Positions 13,413-27,799 of a DNA stretch of 64,000 nt are shown in pieces. The stretch lies in contig ADNK01000023.1 of NCBI GenBank assembly GCA_000320545.1, positions 78,160-142,159 on the forward strand. The letters are read 5' to 3'. The DNA comes from Bigelowiella natans CCMP2755. Taxonomy: Eukaryota; Protista; Cercozoa. The position numbers and the translations under genes were made by a program. The first letter of the stretch is position 1. Each line of letters starts with the position of its first letter. Under the pieces are notes generated by a model. The model saw only the letters and a list, made by a program, of their open reading frames with translations. It made no database searches and had not been told where the DNA came from.

Positions 13413-13444
<32 letters not shown>

Positions 13445-13769
13445 ATTAGCGAGAATGCATTTGTTCCTTCCTGCTGAATTACAGTTATTTTGTTTTAGAG
13501 TTAAACTACTTTGGATCCCTCCATACTGCGAAGGTGTGTAGTAGCAATGTGTGCGTGCGTGCGTGTGTGTGGATGTCATTTGGAGAATGGTTCATGGAAG
13601 GATTATTTGGAGCGGCAAGTCCAAATCGTCATCATTATCATCATCATCATCATAATCTTGACTTGTCATCGGTTGATACAACATTACCGCTGCTTTTCTT
13701 CCGCTATTATGTCTTCACCACGGCACAACGGCTAGGTTGTTGCGCCAATGATGGTGGCTCGAGGAACCG

Positions 13770-13806
<37 letters not shown>

Positions 13807-14037
13807 TAGTATTCCTCCATGTCGTCGGTTTGTGGTCCATTTGCTGCTCTCATGCCAAGCTGCTCTTCTCGTGCAGGCCATATCGTATTCACCTCGTCCG
13901 CTGCCGCCTTCGCTCCTGTGATCGGATACTCGCAATACGCCCCGAGCAAGTCTACTTCTTCCTGCAACCTAACACTCATGATGATGGCAATGACGACGAT
14001 GATGATGATGATACTTCTTATTAAACGCTGAGACGTA

Positions 14038-14078
<41 letters not shown>

Positions 14079-14953
14079 CCACGGCGAATCGAAACAATAT
14101 CCATGCGCACACGCATTCTTCCTACTGTGTGTGATGTGTGTTTCTTCTTCTCCTCCCCCCTTCCCCCTCCTCCTCGTACTACATGCTAGGGCAGCTATCG
14201 GAGCATTGGCGGGGTGTCTAAGAAATGAACTCTCAGGGGCTGGAATCCGTATCAGCATCGCCCATCCCCCCGGTAGTGAAGTAAAGTGAGGATCAATGAT
14301 GATGATGATGATGATGATGAAGGCTGAATTAGTGAAAAACTGTTGTTCTCTCTGCGGCGGAGAGCATCACGCAAACGCTGCATGCCTTGTTTTTATGTGT
14401 ACCTTTACCTTTATATTCGGCGTGGTAGTGGTAGTAGTAGTAGTAGTAGTAGTAGAAGTAGCAGCAGCAGCAGTATTTGTAGTATTTGAATGTGTTAGTA
14501 CCGCTATACTGCTGCTGAAAATAATGATGATGATAGTGATGATGGTGGAGTGGTGATGGTGCGAGATCCCTCTTCCTACTTCTCAACTCACAATCTCATA
14601 ATATCATCGTCGTCGTTGTTTCTTCAGATACGGAAAGCCCTGGGTATGATTATGAAATGAAGATCAAGCCAAAGGAGTGTAAAGGTAATTAAAGTAGTAA
14701 ATAGCAGTGCTTCGTAGAAGCTGCATGAACCAGAGTCCATCGTAAAACTACACACACCCAAATAAATCATGTAGCCAACCAACATAGACCTCATTCTTGT
14801 TTTGTCATTAAAGAGTTATCCTCTTGGGCAGATGTGTACAAAGCTGAGGTAGTAGTAGTAGTAGTAGTAGTAGTAATAATAGTAGTTGTCGTAGCAGTAG
14901 CAGCAGCAGCAGCAGCAGCATCTCACACATTTTGCCAAAGTATTCCCTCTCCC

Positions 14954-14986
<33 letters not shown>

Positions 14987-15287
14987 ATGTGTGTGTGTGT
15001 TTGGGGGGGTGGGGGGATAGGGTTATTGTCATCAATGAACGACGCATTGACCCATCATCAACGATAATATTCATAACGATCATGCTGCGCTGTAACAACT
15101 AGGATGTGGCGAACGACATCGTCACGGGAATTAAGGTAGACTACCACCACCACCAGCAAGAAACGCCTTGAGAGAGAGAGAGAGAGAGAGAGAGACGTCT
15201 ACACATATATCGATGTTAATTTTATACATTCAGCCGCCATTATCATATAGAAGACTGGGTGCTAAGATGATAACACACTCTCTCTTC

Positions 15288-15326
<39 letters not shown>

Positions 15327-15979
15327 GTGTGTGTGTGTGTGTGTGTGTGTCTATTATTCATTGTTTGTTGCTGCTATCATCCCCTCCTCCTGCTACCTTG
15401 CTGTTGTCCCTCGTTCTCTCATTATTTTTCCATCGACTAGGCGGGTGACTATCATATAGCGACGTCCGATTTCCTTCTCAACCGTGTCGTGCAGGGTCTA
15501 GGGGCGGGGATTACCCCGAGGACGACGTAAAATACAGTTCTACATTCATCATGCACGCTGCTGCTGCTGCTGCTGTTCTTCACTTACTCAAAGAAAATAT
15601 GGTGGTGACAGCTTGCTCTCTTTGTATTCTCAGCTATTTGCTGGACCTTCTCCTAACGCCCATCTGGGCCATCGTGGCAGGTGAGATAGAACCACTTTGC
15701 ATGAGAGTAGCTAGCCGGGTTTTGGGGGAAGGGGGGGGGGGGGGGGTTGCTTTTCTTTTGCGACGTTCTTTTCGTATGACGTAATTATTATATCAGCAAA
15801 TACTTCGAGAGTAAGCTCATTACGCATGCCGTTGATGAAACACACACATCATACATAGATATAAATTTGTGAGTATCACATTGTTACGTACAGAGGTATT
15901 CCTTCACATTGAAGACTACTATGCGTACGGATATGGTCAGTCGCTTGTTAAGGGACTGAAGAAAGAAAAGAATCTTTGA
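12343..15979 (+). CDS. KDSR: 3-ketodihydrosphingosine (3-dehydrosphinganine) reductase, SDR family
   Basis: N-terminal TM, then TGGSQGIG Rossmann motif, IDVLIMSAG, ELNYFG, GHIVFTSSAA, catalytic YSQYAPSK (YxxxK), PPDTESPGY..E.KIKP and a C-terminal hydrophobic segment. These match KDSR/TSC10/FVT1. About 12-14 exons. Confidence 0.92.
12903..13053 (+). other. GC-AG intron in KDSR
   Basis: Donor CAG|GCAAGT and acceptor ctccag| join MEGLKQ to IDVLIMSAG in phase 0. Confidence 0.75.
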
Positions 15980-17035
15980 AGATATTAGCTTATACGACGA
16001 CACGTCATAGCATTTATGTATACATTTTTTCTACATATCATTTATATATAATATTTGTGATCGAATGATGCGCGGTGCGGTGTAGCTATATAGCTATGTA
16101 CATAACGTCTAACGTACGCGGTGGGCGGCATATATCACATCGTCAGTCAATCCACAACGCTCATCAGCATGTAATGATGAGTTATATCTAGCAGATGTAA
16201 AGATAATTAAACATCTATGCATTACGATAATGCTGTTGCATCGCATCGATCGATCATGCACCAAGAGTATACCAATGTGCATGTGCGTGCGCGCTTTGCT
16301 ACATGCACGCCGCAAGAACATGCTGGAACATAGTTGTCATCTGAATTAAATGGTTCATTCAAAGAATCGAAGTTTTGTTGTTGAGCATCGAAGTGCAAAT
16401 AGATATATGACATAAGACAGGTGTAGCATGGCCATGGGTGCTGCATGGTCATGTACGTGCAGCGGTCTGTCGATCACAATGAACAGGCAAGACGGATGTA
16501 AAGAAGTGATTAAATATTTTCGATGGTCATCCTAACGTAGTTCTGCAGAGCATAATAGACATAGTAATTCTATATATATAACATTACGTGGTGTCTATCA
16601 TATACGTGGTGTCTATAATGAGCAGCGTTGACAAAATACAGCGGCAAAGAATGTCATGTAAACCCCGAGGAAAGTAAACCCAATTTACAAACCGAAAATA
16701 ACCAAAAAGTATCGGAAAAGAAATTAACCAATCTCACGGTAAGGAATAGGTATACCCAATAAAAATCACGATTGGCGCCATTATACTACACTGTGGACTA
16801 CACCACATTATGCATGCATGTGACGCTACATGTGCGTGTGTACATGTATGTCACGATTTGTGTTCACATGTATGCATGCGAGATGCATATCTAGATGTCT
16901 ACACGACGCAGAGATGTCATTCATCGCATGTTGATTTTTATGTTGTATGTAATCAAGTCGAAACTGAATGAGCGCCAAGTCAAGGCGTGCATGCCTTCTT
17001 GTCTTCCGACTTGATCTTCTGTCTCAAGCTGGCTA

Positions 17036-17904
17036 CTACACGTAATTTGCCTTTCCCGTTTCAACGTTGCTGCTGGTGTCGGTCTTCTGAACTAGGAATT
17101 TGGTATCTGATGGTGGATTCTCCCGGACAACCGCCGGCCGTTCAAATGTCATTCTATCAAACTTCTGCAATGATGGGCTCGACGACGAATGGGCCAAGGG
17201 CGGATGCGAATCCGATTCCTCAAGGTGATTAAGGTGATTGGATAATTTTCGCTTTACATCAATACAGGTTGGTGCGTTCCGCCGCTTTATATCGCTTGGA
17301 TCCAGGCCGAGCGAGTGCAATCTCTTGCGGTGCTTGATGCGAACCTCGGTCATGCACTCAAGGAAGGCCTCTCGCTGCTTGCTGCCATCTCTTCCCACTT
17401 TCTCGATCAGCGCACGGAAAGCCTGCAGCTCCACCTCTACCTGCGATTCATCCTCCAACCAGTTTATGGAACTCGGAAGCAACTCTTTGATCGCAAGCAG
17501 GAACTACGAGGGGTGGGGGGAGGAAAAGAAGCTCTAATCATTAATGAAAGCCCAGAAGACACAGAATTAGATGTAGGCAGACTCCCGCAAAAAACATTGA
17601 TAAATTGTTCCACGACAGGGTCAACAACTCCCAACGACGGGCATGCAATTTCTTCAGTTTTCGGCCCCGTCGTAGAACAAAAAAATCGTAGCTGTGGAGA
17701 AGAAGAACACCGTTTCAATGCTAGGGAAAGGTTGTTTTTGGTTTAGTTTCGCAGGCAAATTTGCTCGTCAGGCATCTTGTTTCTCCCATGACGCCTCTAT
17801 CTACTCCCTTACCCCCCCCGGGGAGGAGGAGGAGGAGGAGGAAGAGAAAAGTCATAGGATATAGTACAGATAGTTGCCGTAACACTTACTAGAACAATAG
17901 TACT

Positions 17905-17965
<61 letters not shown>

Positions 17966-20070
17966 AAAGCTTTGTTGTGTATGATGCCCTCCCCCTTCGG
18001 TACGATATCAAGTCTCTATTAGGACGTCTCCCACATCAGTTAGGCCTTAAATTAGACTATTATGAAGCACCTTTTCACGTCTGACTCTGTAGGAGGAGAC
18101 ATCCTTAATCTCGTTGCCATTCACATCGAGATTCGAACATATATGTTTCGCGAGGGTTCTTATGATCTCAGCGGCCTAGGGATAGGATAAAGCGGGGAAA
18201 GCAGCAGATCAACAACATAGGGAAAGTGAAACCATGACCAGAATTAGAGACCAATGCAACGGGAGAAAGACAGAAAGAGCTGCAAAAATGCACCAGCAAT
18301 ATGCGCATGATACGTCCACAGCGGGCACGTATAGCTTACAAACCTCATCAAACGTTTGGATCTTGAATTTCGACGTGTCACAGAAGATTTTTTCCCATTC
18401 TTTTCTCCTTTTAGCTATTTTTTGCACATCAAATGAGAGGAACAACGAGAAGATAGAATGGTTAATGGAATGAGTGAAGCGGGAGAGTGAACAAGACAAT
18501 AAGGGTTGCTGCCGTCATTATATTAATTGTCGTTATGGCCAAAGGGATAACGAAGTAAATTTTAGGTCGTGTTGTTGTTGTTGATGATGAGGAATGGTCT
18601 CTACAATTTCCTTTAAATATATCTCTACATCGAATAACTACGACTTCTTACTGCTTGTGGGGGGTATGAATGCCCTTCTCGTGTATCGGACTAGCTCCTT
18701 CACCTGGAAAAGATGAAAGATAAAAGTGAAGAAAGTCATCGATCTTGTTCCCGAATACGGCAGTCCTGTCGGACGCTTTTGGATGGTGGAACGTATTGAA
18801 AATTACAGGAACAATAATCACAGATCTCATGCCGCTACTATATACAATACGTACATCGACATCGAAGCTTTCGTTCTTGTCCATTTTCGCCATCATGTTA
18901 AAGGCAAGCAGCTCCACCCTGACGATGGAACAAATATTTTAACATGTACGTAAAGACATTGGAAGCATCATCATTTCCCCTCTCGTCATTCTTCCCACTA
19001 CCACCACCACCACCAACTGAACATTTCCTACATATATGGTTATCTGCACGCAGTGTAATCTATTCTCCCTATGCTGCCACTTTTACTATGTTTTGGTCGT
19101 CGTTCAACGAAGATAATAGCGTTCAAAACACAAGCGACTTTTGTCCTCAGGCAGAACCAGAAATGGTGCCGTGTGGGGAAAATCGTCTGCGTTTTCTTTG
19201 AACCCTCTGCGATTGCGACACTCTAAATATTTATTTTTCCACACTCCGTACATGTCAAAAGTGCCGTCTCCGTTTATATCGATGGTTTTAAACGTTTCGC
19301 GGATCTCCGCAATCTCCCTCACATCGGTCTGATTGTTTGTTTTTGACGAATTTATTCTCTCTATGAATGTGTTTCATCGGAAAATACACTCAAAAACTGA
19401 TTTCAGGCACGCGGCGCAAACACGAAACAGTCTCTTTGTTTCTAGGACAGCATTGATACGAGCTCGGTCGTTCAATTCATCGTCCCGTGGCGCACAGTTG
19501 AGCATTATGTTTGTTCTGTCGTCGGGACATCCATGGCGCTTTAGTATTAATTATATTGCTCTGCTGCTGGACCTCGAATCTCCGCTCAAGGTATTTCTTA
19601 CTACTCACGAACGGTACTATCATTGTTACCTTTCCTAGCCTGATCAAGCTCATTTGCAAATAGGCGGGCCAGTCGAGCGGTTGCTCGTCTAATTGCGTGT
19701 ACAGGCGAGTCATCTCTTCCTCGGCAGTCTAAGCAACGAAACATCTTATCTCCACGCAGTATTGATTGTTTCATCCATTAACATACGAATGAATAAATCT
19801 CTACGCATTGGTGTATGTTGTGTGCTTTTTGGTGCTTCGGAAAGGTCAGTTTTTTTAGCAATAATATAAGGGTCGTGCCTTAACGTCGGTGTCCTCTTTG
19901 TACCGACTCTTCGCTTTTTTAAGAGGTACTAAAACTCCGTTCCATTTCTCCTTCTTCTTCTCAGTGAACTCTTTCTGTAGCCTTCTAGACAAGGATATGG
20001 CGGCCTTGAACTCACGTGCTACGATGATGCAAGTAAACACACGCACACGCACACGCATACACAGTGGTTA

Positions 20071-20133
<63 letters not shown>

Positions 20134-22852
20134 TTCCACATGCACGAATGATTTCCACGCCACAACATACTTGATCACACGAAGTACGAGTACACAAATT
20201 GCTGTGTATTAGGAAAATAAGAGACACTCAAAAACCTGTTTGCGCTTTTCGGAGCTCTTGCTCGGCTCTCGCTTGGAATGCATCGCCAACAAATCCGGCC
20301 GCAAAAGCCCCCTATCATCAACGATCATCGCTTCAATGACATGCCGATAGGACGAGGTGCGGCGATTATCTTTACTGGCTAATCTTCCACACAAGTACTG
20401 TCTTCCTCCAATTATTATTTTCATAAAGTGTGTCGATAGTGCCGAAGAATCACCAGCAATCTCCGACAATTTGCGACATACTTAACTTTTCATCATGTGT
20501 CTCGCATTTTTCTTTTTGGACTAGATGGTAAAATGAACTGAGTGCGCGATTGGTATTTGTTTTGCAAAATCACTCATCTGAAGCGGACACATCCTGCTAC
20601 GATCCAGAAGTTTAAAAACGTTTGTTGTGTGCTTAGAATTCGAATTGGTTGTCACACCAGCATCGCAGCATAAAATGGTATTCCAAAGAGAAGCCAGAAC
20701 CCCTGCAAGGACAACACCAATAGCACGCAAGGAATGGCCGGTTGAGAATAAATTATATTGATGGCATTTTATATGCTGTGAATACTGTACTCCGCCTGCA
20801 AATAATCTCTCTCTCTCCCTCTCCCTCTCATTCTCTCCTTGTTCTTTACCAGAACGACGAAATACCAGCTCTCGAGCTTTTCATTATCAATGCTGGAAGG
20901 AGGAAAGCAACAAGACGACAACAAACAAGGATGGAAAAGAGAGCAGCGAAAACGAGTACATCATTTCAGGGCGGAACACTCATGATGCTCCAAATTATGC
21001 TTGGTGCTGTCGCTTAATTGATATAAGATAGGGGACGGCTCTCTAGGGTTGGAAGCGGTAGCTTGTTGGTAAAACCTTGGAGCTTGCAATCCGCCTGTAG
21101 AAAGAGCGGTCACAGCGAAATACAGGCTCTGAATGAAGCTGTACTTCTCATGGAGGAGTCCCAATAATATTCCAATCAAGAGCCATAGAAAAAAGAAAAC
21201 CGCTGCCAAATGAAGGTTTGCGAAGAAACAAGACAAAGAATTTGACGGTAAGCTCGAAAGTTTTAACAACTGCAGTATATGAAGGTGTTATTATTTTACA
21301 TATCATAAAGGTGTAAGAGTTCTTTTTCTTCCAAAGCTGGGCTCTCAGATAATACTTCTCCACCCAATTATCTTTTTTCTCTATTTCCTGAGGAGGAGGG
21401 GCAAAGAAATGGTGCTGAGCATTTGGATCTGTGATGAACACTGACATAACACCAATAGGATGCTGCTTCTACGCTTTGCTAAGAAAGTTGGATGAACCAA
21501 ACAAAGCTCTCCCTTCAATGTGATTTCATTCAATAATACAGGGAGGTTTCGATCACAAGGTTTTTACGATTACTTCCTACACCATCCGAATCTTCTTCTT
21601 CTCCTTCTATTTCCTCGTTGTTACTGCTATCGTCCTTTGGTACTTCTCGTACCTTAACTTTCATTGCTACGAATACTACTCTCTCTGCAACGACAGCAAG
21701 AAATGACAGCCAATCAAGCTACTGCTGAAAGGAGACCTTCAATATGTCTTCCTCCAGCTCATCTTCGTACCACTCCTGTCGACTGGTCATGACTTTATCG
21801 ATTACTACATCACAACAACAAAGCAGCGGTGTGGTGAGAAACTGCTCAACTAGGCTAACGAGAGGAGAAGATGGCATTTCCTAAATATTAGTGTAGAAGC
21901 GATCACAAGCGCAGGAGTACATCAGTACATAAGTGAGGAATTTAATTGATTTTTTGTTTGGTTCAATCATTAGGTTATGCACATATAACTATCGTTGTCA
22001 CATTCTGACGTGCAAAATTCACCATACCAACTGATAGAATGTAGCCGACAAAGCTGCTTCCGACCAGCACGTGGAATACTGTGTAACCTCTCGTCTCATC
22101 GTCATCTTCATATAGCGCACCGAATCTGCAAAACACCAAATCAACAATCACTTCACGCTCCCTCGTTTACCATAGACTTCCACACTACAGATTACACATA
22201 AGAACTACTTCCCATTAACATTGTTGCTTATGATCCTCATCGGTATACATCGACGACTTCGTCGTAACCTAACATTGTTACATACCCAACAGATAGCCCT
22301 GCCTGTACTGCGTAGTAGAAGGAGACGGAATACGACCAGTTGTAGTAGAAGTGGTACAACATAGTACCAGCACACAGCCATATCACCAATGTCGTCGTGA
22401 GATATATTGCGCATCTATTTTTGTAGGTCGCGCGCTGAGAAATTGGGGGGAGGAGGGAGTTTCTCACTTACAATGTCAACACTGAAATAGATCGAGTGTA
22501 ACGGAAACAAAGTGCCATAACAAAACTCCTGCTAGCATGATTTCAGCAATGCTCACTTAATCCGCACAGTTAGCAGTAAAATAATTCACGAGGTTACCCA
22601 GGTCTGCCCGAGGCACTGTTCAATGTCCTCGAGATCAATCATGAACATGTCATCAATTTCCTGTTTCTCCTTTTCGTCTTTCTCCTTTTCGCCTTTCTCC
22701 TTTCCCTCTTTCTCAGACATTTCGACCGCCTCAGGTCTGTTGGCCTTTTCATCACCCCTTACACTCTGGAGCATACCCTTAACTGTATCCATGCAGATCG
22801 GCTGAGGCTTGTAGGCGTCCTCATCATCCCTCGCACTTACGCTGTAGCGCAT
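17036..22852 (-). CDS. Two-pore-domain (4TM/2P, TPK-like) potassium channel with C-terminal EF-hands
   Basis: TM1-P1: VIWLCAGTMLY...SFYYAVQAGLSVG|FG. TM2: YTVFHVLVGSSFVGYIL. TM3-P2: FFLWLLIG...SLYFAVTALSTGGLQAP. TM4: WYFVVL|GFWLLFGIPFYAAML|GAFA. In-phase downstream exons include the EF loop IRETFKTIDINGDGTFD (~19250-19320). The 3' end is approximate. Confidence 0.8.
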
Positions 22853-23554
22853 GAACCTTAGCTTTCCTTCTGAGAAGTGACAACTGATTTTTCCTGCTCC
22901 TACAGTCGCGTCGTAGATCTACGTCAGATCTACTTCCCTACCCCCCACAGCGGAGTCGCGGAGTCGGTTAAAAAGTATCCCAACACACGATAATGCATTT
23001 CCTCCAGACGTTTTCTTACCCGAAGCTGTGTATTTCGGTTGTCTCAGGGACAAAATCGGGGTACTTCCCAATTAGACGGGGACAACAATTTGCGAACACA
23101 TGCACATCTTCTGGGAATTCCCCTTTGATTTATGACACATCGATGGAGAAAACAACTCAGACCAGAAACCGCATGCCGTTTCTTACATCCATGAGATAAT
23201 CGTTGTCGCACCTTAGAAATTCGCCTGCTGGAACCGAGCAGTTCGAAACGACCTCGCCATCCCCTGCAGTCTCTCTCTCGGGCTGCACGGCGGCCGTGGA
23301 AAACAAAGAAGGTTGGCACTTCGTTGCCCCCCTCCTATTCCAGGTGCCGCGAGGGGGGCTTGAAATCCAGTGTGGAATATGTACATATTCCTGAATCGTC
23401 ATCACTTCATGTTACCCCCCTTCTCCTCCTTTTTACAAGCCCGGGCATGTACGGCGCTTGATGACTGCTTCATCACTGTTCACTCATTGAGCATCTTCTG
23501 ACATGTCTCCCCTTACGTCCTCCCTCTCCCACTTCCACAAAGTAGCTATTTTTG

Positions 23555-23782
23555 ATGACTGATAATGCTGGCCTCTACGGGTTTTCTGAGAACATTGTCG
23601 TACGGTCTCATGGGAGAGAGTCGCCGTGGTACGCGGAGCCCCACGCCTCGCACTACAAGCACCACCGTAGGAAACAGATCCGTACCCTTTCCGCCCAGGC
23701 AATGAAGGTATTCTAACAACTCGGCTTTGTAGCTCTTCTCCGTCCTTTTGTCTTCCTCCTTTCCTCCTCTCCTCCTCTCTCT

Positions 23783-23820
<38 letters not shown>

Positions 23821-24089
23821 CTTTCTTCATGCATTATCCTGACTGGCTTCATTTCTCCTTGTTGCGCCTCCTCTTCTCACATTCACCAACTACAGACGAC
23901 TGCTTTAATGACGCAAGGGACGCACAAGCCTCCATGGTGCGGATCACAGAGGCCGGTTTCTGTCTTCGAAGGAAACGAATTCCACGTTCACAACTCCCTC
24001 TACGATAATGGATATCTTGGCCAAAAGACCAAAGCAGAAGGCATCCATACCAAGGTAGTATCCAACTCTCTTCCTCCTCCCTCCTCTCT

Positions 24090-24183
<94 letters not shown>

Positions 24184-24560
24184 ATTTGTATAAATTCCGT
24201 TTGCTGGAAGGGGGGTATGACGTGCATATTTGTAAGAGCAAAAGTGCTGTTTTGTACCTGAACGATATCGGAACATGTTAATTAGTGGGTTCACTACGTT
24301 CTTGAATCGCACATGTTAATGCATTAAATTCAGGAGATTAACATTATGTACACAGTTCTGATTATTTTAATGGTGGCGAATGATACTACGGAAAAACAGG
24401 CCAAGAGGGGTACCCATCTTTTGACGTTGAGGTCGAGGTTGGACCCAGGATCTCACCAAGATGAGTCACGCACACGTAGCAACAGCAGTAGTCCTACAGA
24501 AGCTTCTTCAAAACGTTCGAAAGGAGTCGACCCGGTGATAAGAATGACATACATATGCAC

Positions 24561-24600
<40 letters not shown>

Positions 24601-25265
24601 CATCCACTCCAAAACAGCTAGCTTTTGATGTTTCATGGATACTCACACACCCCTCCTCACAAGCGACCACCTCCCCTCCTCGTGCAGGTCCTTTTGGACA
24701 CAATAAGGAGTTATCGCCGACATTTAGCCCAGGATCCATATAGTAAGAGAAAATGATGATGATGATGATGATAATGGTGATGATGATGATGATGATGCGG
24801 CGAGGAGATCAAAACGTTAAGATTAAAGAGGTATGTAGACACTGGGTCTCGGCTTTTCGCGCTCGATGATATGAATGTGCGGGTGGTGTGTATGTGTGTA
24901 TGTGTGTATGTGTGTGCGTGTGTAGACATGATACATTGGATGTCTAAACATCCATTGGATCGAACGAACCCGCAGATGTCTTTACATCTCGCCTTCTTCT
25001 TCGAGATGGATGCTTTGCCGTAGTAGATTGCCATCACAACTACTCTTCTTTCTTCCCCTCCCTCCCTCCGTCAAATGCCAATCACACAACAGTGAACCAC
25101 GGACGCTACCAGATGACGGACATCGATCCCCGGGCTCTCGACGGCACACTTCCCCCGAAGAAGCATAGGAGGGGCAGCCCAGCACGCGGCTCGGGAAGAA
25201 CGGCGACGGCAAAGGGATTAGTCCAAGTCTCGTCTAATGATCTGGTGAGTGTGAGTTATGTGCAT

Positions 25266-25308
<43 letters not shown>

Positions 25309-25740
25309 TGTACATCCTCGTGCATCACTCTACTATCCTCTTCCGAGCCTCCATACATTACATTTGGAGTAAGAGGCCGCTAGAGTAGTAAGACTAAGCC
25401 TCTCACCCGGCCTTCGTTTTCCATGCAGCAGGAGACGAATGAAGCGAAGTTGTCAGTGGATATTCCGACGTCAAACAAGAAGCAGATCAAAGTAACGAGT
25501 AAGAAGACCGCGACAACACGGAGCAGGGGTGATAGGAGGGAAAGGACAAATCTGACAGCAGCAACAAGTGGGGAGAATAAGGAGACCACCTTACCAAGTG
25601 CTGCTGCCCCTGATGATCTGCAAGCGAAGATGGCGAACATCAGCATTGATGGTGGTGGTGGGGGGGGAAGGGCTTCTCCCTCTTCAGACAGCGATGCTGA
25701 TGATGATGCAGAGGTAATTATATATCTAATATAATATCAA

Positions 25741-25799
<59 letters not shown>

Positions 25800-27147
25800 T
25801 AGAATATTCTCGCCATCACCATCAAGTAGCAGCAGCGCCACCGTCTATCATCATCATCACCATCATCACCATCATCATCATAACCATCATAATTCTATTA
25901 GGGACCTAAGCTCATTCAGATCCCAGAGGGCTTCAAGGTATATACGCTCTTGCGACAACTCACTGATCGACTGAAAGACTGTCCTACGACGCCATCCACC
26001 AATGCAACACACACCTCCACACTGGCAAATAGATAATCGTAGCGTATATATTAAAAACAACAAAAAAACCACGACGATGATCCACCATTGTTCACCGAGT
26101 TCTCATCGTGTTGATATCGTCGGTAGAAAAAGGCTAAAGGGAGACCATCACGCAATGCACGTTGGGATAGAAACCTCCCTTTTCCTAACAGCGATAGGGC
26201 TCCAAGGACTGCGGGCAAGGTGCCGATTTATTCATTCACTCGTTCATTTATGTGTCAGAGATGTAAGAGAGTTGCAAGGTCTTAAATGGTAGAAGTCATC
26301 CCAATATTATCAACGAGAACCGTCGGTGGTGCTGTCATTCTTGAGCGGCACAGTTTTGAGGGGGGGGGGGTGGGGGAAGATGCATTCTGGGGGGGGATTG
26401 GTTTGAAAAAAAAAGAAAAGTTCATGAAGAATATAGGAGGTAGGAGGAACGGGGAGGGGGACGTTCTATGCGTCTGATATGGTTCAAAACAAAAATCGTA
26501 GTCGCTGATGTTATGTTGTTGTTGTTGTTGTATTTGGTGGCTCGAATCGATCAGCATTTCAAGTCGTTCCCTGGAGACCAGCGCCTCTGGCCGAAGGACC
26601 GAAATTGGTAAGCAACTCATAAGAATTGCCGCTGCTTACGACGCGGCAGCAGTTGTAGCAGCAGCGGCGCAAACACGGAGGGCCATTACGCGTACAGCAG
26701 AGAAGTCCGATCATTGAAACGGAGAGCTGATGAATGAATGCATGCCTCCGGTAGGTATAGGCGCGGCCTTCTGCCGATAAATTTGTGGGATGACCTTCAC
26801 CAGACTCCTGTGTCAGGGATATGGAGGGTATGTGTGTGCTTGTTCGCTGCTGCCCAGCTTATCATTCCAATGAAATCATGTATCTTCATTGAATTGAGAA
26901 CAGGCGTCATCAGACTTTTAACTTATTCGTTGTTTTCATGTTGCTCCCCCATCCCACCCACCCATACACGCACGCACACAGAATTTTATGATATGATTGA
27001 TTCCCATCAAGATCTTCAAGATCCTGTGGAAAAATGTCTATCGTGTGTATACATTGGAGGGAAGAGCTTGTAGGATTTTCGTCTGAAGGGGAGGGGGGTG
27101 TGGGGGGGCAATGGTGAGGGTGCTCAATTATGCTGATTCGTTCATTG

Positions 27148-27181
<34 letters not shown>

Positions 27182-27753
27182 GCATAAGAAGAAGGCCTTG
27201 AAGAACATCCGCTCAAAAATCGAAGACGAAAAGTACCGAAATGAGGTAGTTTATTGCCGGATGGATTTCCACCTGCAGCAGCGATTATTGAGATCGTAAT
27301 ATCGTGCGTCTTCTCACATATTCTCCTTCTGCTTCTTCTTGTCTTCCGCGTGTTTAATTGTATGCATGTATAGGACCTTGCTGACACGCGTCGTCAGAAA
27401 CTTCAAGCACTTAGGCTCATCAAACTACAAAAGCATATGGACAAGACGGTGATGATACGCGTGGTGTGTGCGTGTGTGCGTGTGGGCTGCATATATGTCT
27501 GCTCACGACGCTGAGCTAGATGTGTCGCCTGCTTGCAACCGCACACTTGTCGTTGTACTATCTCAGCAGCATCATCATCTTTCATCACTCACCCTTCTTC
27601 ATCCGTCATATACAGGTCAGCAGGGTCGTTCTCGAGGAAATGTCAGGTTGGCGGGCCAACACGAAAACAACAACAACAACAACACACCAAAACGGGGACA
27701 GCAGAGGATATAATTACTACAACGATCTCAAACACATCTCTATGAAAGAGAAG

Positions 27754-27799
<46 letters not shown>

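Noticed and set aside
17036-20730. A separate EF-hand gene downstream of the K+ channel
   Set aside because: Exons splice in phase from TM4 (FYAAML|GAFAAG...QT|AREFK), so a single gene is more parsimonious.
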